The position numbers were made by a program, and so were the translations under genes. The notes under the pieces were generated by a model. It made no database searches. It was not told the DNA's origin and saw only the letters and a list, made by a program, of their open reading frames with translations. Positions 1-7,189 of a stretch of 64,000 nucleotides of DNA are shown one piece after another. Source of the stretch: Solirubrobacterales bacterium (GTDB lineage Bacteria; Actinomycetota; Thermoleophilia; Solirubrobacterales; Solirubrobacteraceae); contig JBBSLI010000009.1 of NCBI GenBank assembly GCA_038255395.1, positions 26,556 to 90,555 of the forward strand. Reading direction: 5' to 3'. How positions within the stretch are numbered: the stretch's first letter is position 1; every line of letters starts with the position of its first letter.

Positions 1-413
1 GCGCCGGTCTCCGTCGTGAGCTTCTTGACGCCGGCCTGCGCGTTGGCGAACGCCTGCGGGACGGCGGTGTTGGGCTTGTGCGAGCCGGCGGGGGAGACGC
101 CCTCGTACTTGTAGTAGATGTGCGCCGGCGTGCCGAGCGCGGCTTCCAGGCGGTGCGCGCGAAACAGCGGCGTCGGGCGCCAGAGGCGGTACACGTCGCG
201 GACCTGCTCGGGGATCTCGATCTCCGGCTCGCCGGACACCTCCTGGCCGATCAGCTCCATGGGAAATATCGGCGTGAGATCCGGCGGCCCGGCGGGCGCC
301 ATCGTCTGCGGGTTCAGCGGCGGCAGCGGCTCGCCGGGCAGGTCGGGGAGGAGGTTCACCCAATGGGTCGGGATCGCCTCCTCGGAGAGGAGGAACTTCG
401 TCGTCTCGGCCAT
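1..413 (-). CDS. trpB: TrpB-like PLP-dependent enzyme (type 2 tryptophan synthase beta chain), N-terminal part; the 3' end lies beyond the window start
   Basis: Hand translation of the minus strand from ATG at 413-411: [37 protein letters not shown]...[56 protein letters not shown]. This is the typical TrpB2 N-terminus including the GSHK PLP-lysine motif. It is absent from the ORF track because there is no stop in the window. Confidence 0.8.
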   Translation of the reverse strand, partial: MAETTKFLLSEEAIPTHWVNLLPDLPGEPLPPLNPQTMAPAGPPDLTPIFPMELIGQEVSGEPEIEIPEQVRDVYRLWRPTPLFRAHRLEAALGTPAHIYYKYEGVSPAGSHKPNTAVPQAFANAQAGVKKLTTETG

Positions 414-478
414 GGCGCGACTCTATGCGCTGCGCGGGTGCGCGAGCGCAGGGCGCGCGGGTCCTAACCTGCACTGCG

Positions 479-1138
479 ATGCACAACGATGGCGCCAGCG
501 ATCTCGTTCCGAGCCTGCGCGGGATCTCCCACGCGGCGGCATGCGTGCTCGCCGTCGCTGCCGCGGTCGTGCTGATCGTGCTCGCGCCGGGCGGTCGCGC
601 GGTCGTCGCCGTCGCGATCTACGGCGGCGGGCTGATCGCGCTGTTCGGCGGCTCGGCGCTCTATCACCGCTGGCCCGGGCCGAAGCGCTTCAAGCCGCTG
701 CTGCGCCGGATCGACCACAGCACGATCTTCGTGTTCATCGCGGCGAGCTACACGCCGGTCGCGCTGATCGTCATGGACGGCCCGATCGCCTGGGTGCTGC
801 TGATCGGGGCGTGGGCGGGCGCGATCGCGGGGGTCGTGTTCTCCCTGGGCTGGATCGACGCGCCGCGACCGCTCGTCGCCGGCAGCTACCTCGCGCTCGG
901 CTGGCTGGCGCTGATCGCGGCGCCCCAGCTCGTCCGCAGGCTCGACGACGTCCCGGTGGCGCTCTTCGTCGCGGGCGGGCTGCTGTACTCGCTCGGCGCG
1001 GTCGTCTACGCGCGCCAGCGGCCGGACCCCTGGCCGCGCACATTCGGCTTCCACGAGATCTTCCACGCGCTCGTCATCGTCGCCGCCGCGGCGCACTACG
1101 TCGCGATGATCGGCTGGGTCGTGCCTTCGGCGGCCTGA
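479..1138 (+). CDS. hemolysin III / PAQR family integral membrane protein
   Basis: ORF 425-1138. The internal ATG at 479 gives 219 aa with multiple hydrophobic helices and family motifs (SALYH, IDHSTIFVFIAASYTP, FHEIFHALVIVAAAAHY). Confidence 0.8.
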   Translation: MHNDGASDLVPSLRGISHAAACVLAVAAAVVLIVLAPGGRAVVAVAIYGGGLIALFGGSALYHRWPGPKRFKPLLRRIDHSTIFVFIAASYTPVALIVMDGPIAWVLLIGAWAGAIAGVVFSLGWIDAPRPLVAGSYLALGWLALIAAPQLVRRLDDVPVALFVAGGLLYSLGAVVYARQRPDPWPRTFGFHEIFHALVIVAAAAHYVAMIGWVVPSAA

Positions 1139-1148
1139 GCGGCCTGTA

Positions 1149-1625
1149 CTAGTTCACGCTCGGGTCGATCGGCATCCGCGCGACGAGCGCGAAGTGCCCG
1201 CCCTTGCGCTCGAGCACCCGGCGCCAGAGCTCGTCGGCGTCGGGGTTGAAGATGTCGTCGACGCCCGCGGGGGCGACGAACCAGTCCTCGCGATCGAGCT
1301 CGGCGTCGAGCTGACCGGGGCCCCAGCCCGCGTAGCCGGCGAAGATCCGCACCCGCCGGGTTGCCGCGACGAGGTCCTCGACCTCGCTGCCGTCACCGAC
1401 GAGGCCGACGTCGCCGACGATGCGGATGCCGGCCTGCGAGGCGTCCTCGAACTCGGCCAACACGAGCAGCGCGTCGCGTTGCACCGGTCCGCCGGCGTCG
1501 ATCGTCGCGTCCTCGCCCGTCAGCTCGGCGAGCTCGGGCGCAGACTCGCCGACGATCAGCGCGCCGGGACGGTTGAGCACGAGCCCGAGCGCGCCGTCCT
1601 CGCTGTGCTCGCAGACGAGCACCAC
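1149..1625 (-). CDS. YqgE/AlgH family (UPF0301) protein; the true start is probably upstream, up to about 1694
   Basis: ORF 1149-1625 carries the family core (LVLNRP, RIFAGYAGWGPGQLDAEL, WFV). The in-frame upstream codons encode IDSLRGQLLIAGATLPDPNFARTV, which is the conserved family N-terminus. Confidence 0.75.
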   Translation of the reverse strand: MVLVCEHSEDGALGLVLNRPGALIVGESAPELAELTGEDATIDAGGPVQRDALLVLAEFEDASQAGIRIVGDVGLVGDGSEVEDLVAATRRVRIFAGYAGWGPGQLDAELDREDWFVAPAGVDDIFNPDADELWRRVLERKGGHFALVARMPIDPSVN

Positions 1626-1712
1626 GGTGCGGGCGAAGTTCGGGTCCGGCAGCGTCGCGCCGGCGATCAGCAGCTGTCCGCGCAGAGAGTCGATCTGCGG
1701 TTTGTACCCGTT

Positions 1713-3347
1713 TCAGCCGGCGGCCGGCGCCGGTGCCTGCTCGGGCGTTGCGGGCAGCGGCTTGGCCTCCGGATCGCCCGCCTCGACGTGGTAGTCGTGC
1801 TCGCGCGTCTCGTCGACTCCGCGCGCGGCGCCCGTGCTGCGCAGCACGAGCGACGCGATCAGCGTGACGGCGATGTTCGCAAGCAGCGCCAGGATGCCCG
1901 TGTAGACGGTCACCTTCGTGTCCAGGCCGAGCTCGGCGAGGGCGTACTGCGCGCCGCCGAAATGCTCCTTGCCGGTGAGCGGATTGGCCGTGTTGTAGAG
2001 CATCAGCAGGCCGCCGGCGAGGCCCGCGGCCCAGCCGCACAGCAGCGCCCACGGATGAAACCAGCGTGTCAGCAGCCCGAAGACGATCGGCGGCAGCGTC
2101 TGCAGGATCAGCACGCCGCCGATGAGCTGCAGGTCGATCGAGAACTGCGGCTCGAGCGCGAGGATCACGGCGACCGCGCCGGCCTTCACGACGAGCGACG
2201 CGAGCTTGCTGACACGGGCCTCCTCGGCCGGGCCGGCGCTGCGGTGCACGTACTCGCGCCAGATGTTGCGCGAGAAGAGGTTCGCCGCCGCGATCGCCAT
2301 GATCGCCGCCGGCACGAGCGCGCCGATCGCGATCGCCGCGAACGCCACTCCCGCAAACCAGTCGGGGAACATCTGGTCGAAGAGCAGCGGCACGACGGTG
2401 TTGTTGTCGGGCTTGCCGTTGGCGCCGTTCAGCGGTGTCACGCCGGCCTCGATCGCCATATAGCCCAGCAGGGCGAGCATCGCGAGCACGAGCGTGTAGG
2501 CCGGCAGCGCCGCCATGTTGCGCTTGATCGTGTTGCGGCTGCGCGCGGCGAGCAGCGCCGTGATCGAGTGCGGGTACAGAAACAGCGCGGCGGCCGAGCC
2601 GAAGGCCAGGGTCGAGTAGCCCAGGACCTGCGTGTTCGCCAGCAGCACGCCGTCGCTCGGCTGCGGGCTGGAGTCGAACTTCTCCTCGGCCGCGCCGAAG
2701 ATCTCGCCGAAGCCGCCGAGCTTGATCGGGATGTAGATCACGGCGACGAGCACGACGATGTAGATCAGCGTGTCCTTGACGAACGCGATCAGCGCGGGCG
2801 CGCGCAGGCCCGACTGGTAGGTGTACGCGGCGAGGATCGTGAACGCCACGATGATCGGCCAATGACCGCCGACGCCCATCGTCCGCAGGACCGCCTCGAT
2901 GCCGACGAGCTGCAGGGCGATGTAGGGCATGATCGCCACGATTCCGGTGGTCGCGACGGCGAGCGCGAGGGTCGGCGAGCCGAAGCGGCCGCGCACGAAG
3001 TCGGCCGGCGTGACGTAGCCGTGCGCGTGCGACACCGACCACAGCCGCATCGCCAGCAGCAGCACCATCGGGAACACGACGATCGTGTACGGGACGGCGA
3101 AGAACCCGATCGCTCCGGCGCCGAACACGAGCGCCGGCACGGCGACGAACGTGTACGCCGTGTAGAGGTCCCCGCCGAGCAGAAACCACGTGATCCACGG
3201 GCCGAAGTTGCGTCCGCCGAGACCCCACTCGTCGAGGTTCTCCATCGACTCCGCCCGCCGCCATCGCGACGCCACGAAGCCCATCGCGCTGACGGCGAGA
3301 AACAGCGTCGTGCAGACGGCGAGCGCGACGACGTTGACGTCATCCAT
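1713..3347 (-). CDS. sodium:solute symporter family permease (monocarboxylate/MctP-like)
   Basis: 544-aa polytopic membrane ORF with typical SSF sequence (GGRNFGPWITWFLLGGDLYTAYTF, YIALQLVG). It is coupled to the DUF3311 gene by an 8-nt overlap. Confidence 0.8.
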   Translation of the reverse strand: MDDVNVVALAVCTTLFLAVSAMGFVASRWRRAESMENLDEWGLGGRNFGPWITWFLLGGDLYTAYTFVAVPALVFGAGAIGFFAVPYTIVVFPMVLLLAMRLWSVSHAHGYVTPADFVRGRFGSPTLALAVATTGIVAIMPYIALQLVGIEAVLRTMGVGGHWPIIVAFTILAAYTYQSGLRAPALIAFVKDTLIYIVVLVAVIYIPIKLGGFGEIFGAAEEKFDSSPQPSDGVLLANTQVLGYSTLAFGSAAALFLYPHSITALLAARSRNTIKRNMAALPAYTLVLAMLALLGYMAIEAGVTPLNGANGKPDNNTVVPLLFDQMFPDWFAGVAFAAIAIGALVPAAIMAIAAANLFSRNIWREYVHRSAGPAEEARVSKLASLVVKAGAVAVILALEPQFSIDLQLIGGVLILQTLPPIVFGLLTRWFHPWALLCGWAAGLAGGLLMLYNTANPLTGKEHFGGAQYALAELGLDTKVTVYTGILALLANIAVTLIASLVLRSTGAARGVDETREHDYHVEAGDPEAKPLPATPEQAPAPAAG

Positions 3348-3540
3348 CGTCGCGGCCTCGCTGCGGCTCGCGCGTCTTGACGTAGACGAGCACGGTGATC
3401 GCCACGCTCAGCGGGATCCACAGCATCTGGTACCAGTAGAAGAACGGGATCCCGGCGAGCTCGGGGTCCGGACGGTTGTAGATCGTCGGGATCAGGACCC
3501 CGATCAGCGGGATGACGAGGAGCAGGTACCAACTGCGCAT
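3340..3540 (-). CDS. DUF3311-type small membrane protein partnered with the SSF permease
   Basis: Internal ATG at 3540 of ORF 3340-3771 gives the 66-aa MRSWYLLLVIPLIGVLIPTIYNRPDPELAGIPFFYWYQMLWIPLSVAITVLVYV. The motif and the position upstream of an SSF gene are characteristic. Confidence 0.7.
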   Translation of the reverse strand: MRSWYLLLVIPLIGVLIPTIYNRPDPELAGIPFFYWYQMLWIPLSVAITVLVYVKTREPQRGRDDG

Positions 3541-3589
3541 GTCGCGGCGGGAGTACCCCGCGGCGCCGCGGTACAACCGAAATCCGGTT

Positions 3590-3775
3590 GCCTGGGGTGC
3601 AGGAGCGCCGCGTGGGCTGCGCGGAGCGATCTGTTCGGCACTCCTTCGCTCCGCGCGCATGGAGGTTCGACACCTCGGCTCGTCCACGTGGAGCCGGGGT
3701 CGATGCTCCATGAGATGCGTGGTGTATCGACATCCCGCCCCGTTGGCCGGCCGCGGGTGTCGATCCTCCATGTCC
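3590..3775. repeat. REP-like structured intergenic repeat, copy A
   Basis: Shares GCCTGGGGTGCAG(G/C)AGCGCCG...CCGCGCGCATGGAGG(T/A)TCGACACCTCG with copy B (24613-24742). The 17-mer CATGGAGGTTCGACACC (3658-3674) is inverted against GGTGTCGATCCTCCATG (3756-3772), and related copies lie at 3696-3712 and 3721-3736. Confidence 0.7.
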
Positions 3776-3868
3776 GACCTGGCCGTCCTCAGACGACGAC
3801 GGCCGAAGATTGCCGCTTCAGATGCGGTTCGCTGGCGCTGCGGCGACCGCCTGTGCTGCGGCAGACGT

Positions 3869-4615
3869 CTACGACACGAGCAGCACGATCGCGACGGCCA
3901 CGCCGTAGGCGATCACGGCGCCGCGCAGCACCGCCGCCGACAGCCGCCGCGCGACGCCGACCCCGAGCGCCCCGCCGATCAGGCACGTGACGCCGACGAT
4001 CGCCGCGGCATCCCAGGCGACCGGTCCGAAGACGGCGAACCCGACGGCCGTGACGACCGCGACGAGCAGCGACAGCACGCCCTTGAGCGCGTTCAGGCGC
4101 TGCAGCTCGTCGTCGACGAAGACGCCGAGGATCGCGAGCAGCATGATCCCGAGGCCGGCGCCGAAATAGCCGCCGTAGACCGTCGCGGCGAAGACGGCCG
4201 CGTGCAGCGCCGGCGAGGAGTTCTCGCGCCGGCGCCGCGCCGCGGCGGCGACGCGCGGCTGCACGGCCAGCAGCCCGCAGGCGGCGAGGATCAGCCACGG
4301 CACGATCGCCTCGAACACGCTCGCCGGGCTGACGAGCAGCAGCGCCGCGCCGGCGGCCGCGCCCGCGCCGCTCGTCAGCGCGAGCGCGCGGATCCTGGCC
4401 GCCTGGCCACCGAGCTCGCGGCGGTAGGCGAGCGAGCCGCCGACGTAGCCCGGCAGCACGGCGATCGAGTTCGTCACGTTGGCGGTGATGCTCGGGTAGC
4501 CGGCGGCGAGCAGCGCCGGGAAGGAGATCAGCGAGCCGCCGCCGGCGACGGCGTTGACGGCGCCCGCGCCGAGGCCCGCGGCGGCGAGCAGCGCGGCACT
4601 GCCGGCGTCGATCAA
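3869..4615 (-). CDS. TauE/SafE (DUF81) family anion exporter
   Basis: The C-terminal 248 aa of ORF 3869-4870 is a glycine-rich polytopic membrane protein (NAVAGGGSLISFPALL, YGGYFGAGLGIMLLA). The TTG start at 4615 overlaps the upstream stop (TTGA). Confidence 0.7.
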   Translation of the reverse strand: MIDAGSAALLAAAGLGAGAVNAVAGGGSLISFPALLAAGYPSITANVTNSIAVLPGYVGGSLAYRRELGGQAARIRALALTSGAGAAAGAALLLVSPASVFEAIVPWLILAACGLLAVQPRVAAAARRRRENSSPALHAAVFAATVYGGYFGAGLGIMLLAILGVFVDDELQRLNALKGVLSLLVAVVTAVGFAVFGPVAWDAAAIVGVTCLIGGALGVGVARRLSAAVLRGAVIAYGVAVAIVLLVS

Positions 4616-5112
4616 CTGCCGGCGACCGGGCGCGCGGGGACGCCGCCGACGGTCGCGCCCGGCGCGACGTCGCGCGTGACGACGGCGTGCGGGCCGACGG
4701 TCGCGCCCGCGCCGACGCTGACGCCGCGCAGCACGCCGGCGCCGAGGCCGATCCGCGCGCGCTCGCCGATCGCGATCGGCGAGGAGACGAGCGGCTGGCG
4801 GCGGATCGGCAGCTCGACGTCGTCGACGACGTGGTCGAAGTCGACGAGCACGGCGCCGTCCTGCAGCCACGCCGACGCGCCGATCGTCACGCGCTCGTGG
4901 GCGACGATCGTGCAGCGCTCGCCGAGCAGCGCGCCGGCGCCGATCTCGACCCGCCCGCCCTGCACGACGATCCGCGTGCGCTCGCCGATGCGCACGCCGT
5001 CGCCGAGGACGAGCTCGCCGCCGTAGAGGACCTCGAGCTGGACGCCGCGGCCGAGCTGGACATCGCGCCCGCGGCGTACGCCGGGCCGCCGCGAGGGTCG
5101 CAGGAGCGCCAT
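4612..5112 (-). CDS. left-handed beta-helix (hexapeptide repeat) acyltransferase
   Basis: From ATG at 5112: 166 aa with imperfect hexapeptide repeats (IGERTRIVVQGGRVEIGAGALLGERCTIVAHERVTIGASAWL...IGERARIGLGAGVLRGVSVGAGATVG). Confidence 0.7.
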   Translation of the reverse strand: MALLRPSRRPGVRRGRDVQLGRGVQLEVLYGGELVLGDGVRIGERTRIVVQGGRVEIGAGALLGERCTIVAHERVTIGASAWLQDGAVLVDFDHVVDDVELPIRRQPLVSSPIAIGERARIGLGAGVLRGVSVGAGATVGPHAVVTRDVAPGATVGGVPARPVAGS

Positions 5113-5216
5113 CGCGTGGATGCTACGGGCATCGGTCGGAGCGCCCGCTACCGCCGGTGCGTCGGCCCGGACTCGGGCAGAACCGCATCGATGGGAAGCG
5201 GGAGGTCGCGGGCGAG

Positions 5217-5336
5217 GGCGTGATCGACCGACACACCGAGGCCCGGCCGGCGCGACGGGTGTCGCTCGATCACCGATGGCGTGATCCATCGACACCCGTG
5301 ACGGCTGGGTGCGCCCAGGTGTCGCTCGATCACGCC
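5217..5336. repeat. array of four alternating 15-mers (GTGATCGA(C/G)CGACAC / GTGTCGCTCGATCAC) forming two tandem or nested hairpins
   Basis: Copies at 5220-5234 (inverted), 5259-5273, 5281-5295 (inverted) and 5319-5333. The two direct copies are identical. The core GGTGTCG..GATC is related to the REP-like family. Confidence 0.7.
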
Positions 5337-5397
5337 GAGGTCTCGCCCCTCGCATCGGCGCGGTCAGGACCCCTCGCGTGGCACCCACGTGGACGCC

Positions 5398-6074
5398 TCA
5401 GCGCGGCCGCACGATGCGCTCCCGCGCGCGGCGAGCGAGATCGCGGGCGACCGCCCTCGCATGCGCAGGCGCGTAGCGGGCGTCGTGGCCGCGGCGGTCG
5501 GCGACGAGCGACGAGGGCAGCAGCGGCGTGCCCAGCGCGAGCGCCGCGCGGTCGGCGATCTCCAGCTGGCCGAGCGCGGTCGGGTGGACGACGTCGGGCA
5601 GCACGTGCGTCCAGCCCCCGAAGTCCGCCAGGTCCGCAACGGTCGCGCCGTGGCGCGCCGCGACGCGCCGCACCACCGCGTTGGCGGCGGCCGGCTTCGG
5701 CGCAGAGGACGGCCGGCCGAGGTCCTCGGGCAGCGTCAGCATGAGCAGCCGGTCGGCACGTCCCGCGAGGCCACCCGCGACCGCCTCGAGGTCGCGCTCG
5801 TAGGCGTCCGCGTCGAAGTCCGGCGAGCGCACGTCGTTGACGCCCGCGTACAGCGCGGCGACGTCGTGCGGCGCGCGCACGCGCGGCAGCTGCAGATGGC
5901 GAACGTCGGCGGTCGTCGCGCCGTTGACGGCGTAGGACGTGTACGGCGCGTCCAGCGCCTTGGCGAGCCACTGCGCCCACGACAGCGGCGTGATGCCGAG
6001 CGCCATCGATCCCTCGCCGACCGTGATGCTGTCGCCGACGGCGACGAGACCCAGCCGGGGCGCGTCGGCGGCCA
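5398..6074 (-). CDS. SGNH/GDSL family hydrolase
   Basis: GTG at 6074 gives VAADAPRLGLVAVGDSITVGEG...YAGVNDV...DVVHPT (blocks I, III and V of SGNH hydrolases). The long 512-aa ORF is a high-GC run-on. Confidence 0.75.
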
Positions 6075-6077
6075 CGT

Positions 6078-7019
6078 CTAGCCGCCGTTGCGGCCGGCGA
6101 TCATCAGGTTGTAGAAGACCTTCGCGGGCAGCCGGCCCTCGAGCAGCGCGACGTCGACGCGCTGCAGCGCGAGGTAGCCGCGAAAGGCGTACTGGCGCCA
6201 CAGCCACGGGATGTCGGCGGGCACGGCCGTCGCCTCGAGCGTGCGGTTCATCCAGCCGAACCAGTTGGCGAGCAGCTCCTCGCCGCGCACGCGCACGTCG
6301 TCGAAGCCCGCCCCGCGCGCCCACCCCTCGAGCTCCTCGGGCGTGAACGCATGCACGTCGACGAACGCCTCGAGCGACTCGCCGTCGAGGTCGGCGTGGT
6401 CCGTCGGCCACTCGCCGTGCGCGTCGGGATGGTCGTAGCCGTCGATCGGCCGCGCGCGCATGAGCTTGCGCCACAGCGGCGCCGCCCGCAGCGCGGCGCG
6501 CTTGGGGTAGGCGGCGATCCGGTCGCCCGTCTGCGACGGCTCGCCCGCGAAGAGGAACTCGCCGCCGGGGCGCAGCACGCGGCGAAACTCGCTGAACGCG
6601 CGGTCGAGGTGGGGGATGTGGTGCAGCACGGCGTGCCCGAGCACGAGGTCGAACGAGTCGTCCTCGAAGGGCAGGTCCTCGGCGTCGCAGGCGACGGTCT
6701 GCACCTCGACGCCGATGCGCTGTGCGTTGGCCTGCAGCGCGTCGAGCATCCCCGGCGAGATGTCGGTCGCGACGGCCTCGCGCACGACGCCGTCCTGGAG
6801 CATGTTCAGCGTGAAGTAGCCCGTGCCGGAGCCGATCTCCAGCGAGCGGCCGTAGCGCGGCAGCGGCGTGCCGAGCAGCTTGTGCAGCTTGCCGCGCACC
6901 TGATCGCGGCCGATCTCGCCGTAGTCGACGCCCCACTTCGTGTCGTAGCTCTCGGCGGCGGCGTCGTGGTAGCGCGTGTTGACGTCGCGGATCGCCTCGG
7001 CGGTGCTGGGAGCGGCCAT
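6078..7019 (-). CDS. class I SAM-dependent methyltransferase
   Basis: 313 aa with motif I LEIGSGTGYFT and the post-I acidic residue, followed by DLVLGHAVLHHIP and LRPGGEFLF. Confidence 0.8.
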   Translation of the reverse strand: MAAPSTAEAIRDVNTRYHDAAAESYDTKWGVDYGEIGRDQVRGKLHKLLGTPLPRYGRSLEIGSGTGYFTLNMLQDGVVREAVATDISPGMLDALQANAQRIGVEVQTVACDAEDLPFEDDSFDLVLGHAVLHHIPHLDRAFSEFRRVLRPGGEFLFAGEPSQTGDRIAAYPKRAALRAAPLWRKLMRARPIDGYDHPDAHGEWPTDHADLDGESLEAFVDVHAFTPEELEGWARGAGFDDVRVRGEELLANWFGWMNRTLEATAVPADIPWLWRQYAFRGYLALQRVDVALLEGRLPAKVFYNLMIAGRNGG

Positions 7020-7108
7020 GGCGGCGGCAGTCTAGTGGTCGTCCCGACTGCGTACGCGACCGCCGGCACGCGCGTACTCGCCGCGAGCGCGAGGCGCACG
7101 ACGCGCGC

Positions 7109-7171
7109 GACCGGGCCTGCGTGCTCAGGCCCGGTCATCGCGCCGGCCCGGTCTGTGCGACCGGGCCGGCG
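7109..7171 (-). terminator. two GC-rich hairpins immediately downstream of the FG-GAP gene
   Basis: GACCGGGCC-10 nt-GGCCCGGTC (7109-7136) and the perfect 13-bp stem CGCCGGCCCGGTC-tgtgc-GACCGGGCCGGCG (7141-7171). They lie 19 nt past the stop at 7190. No clear U-tract. Confidence 0.5.
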
Positions 7172-7189
7172 ATCGGCGTTGCGCGCGCG

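Noticed and set aside
1194-3380. Very long plus-strand ORFs (728 aa, plus a 623-aa minus-strand ORF in another frame) overlapping the symporter gene
   Set aside because: Their products are Arg/Ala/Asp/Gly-rich with no membrane or domain pattern. These are typical stop-codon-poor shadow frames of a gene with about 70% GC. The 544-aa minus-strand frame has clear SSF permease features.
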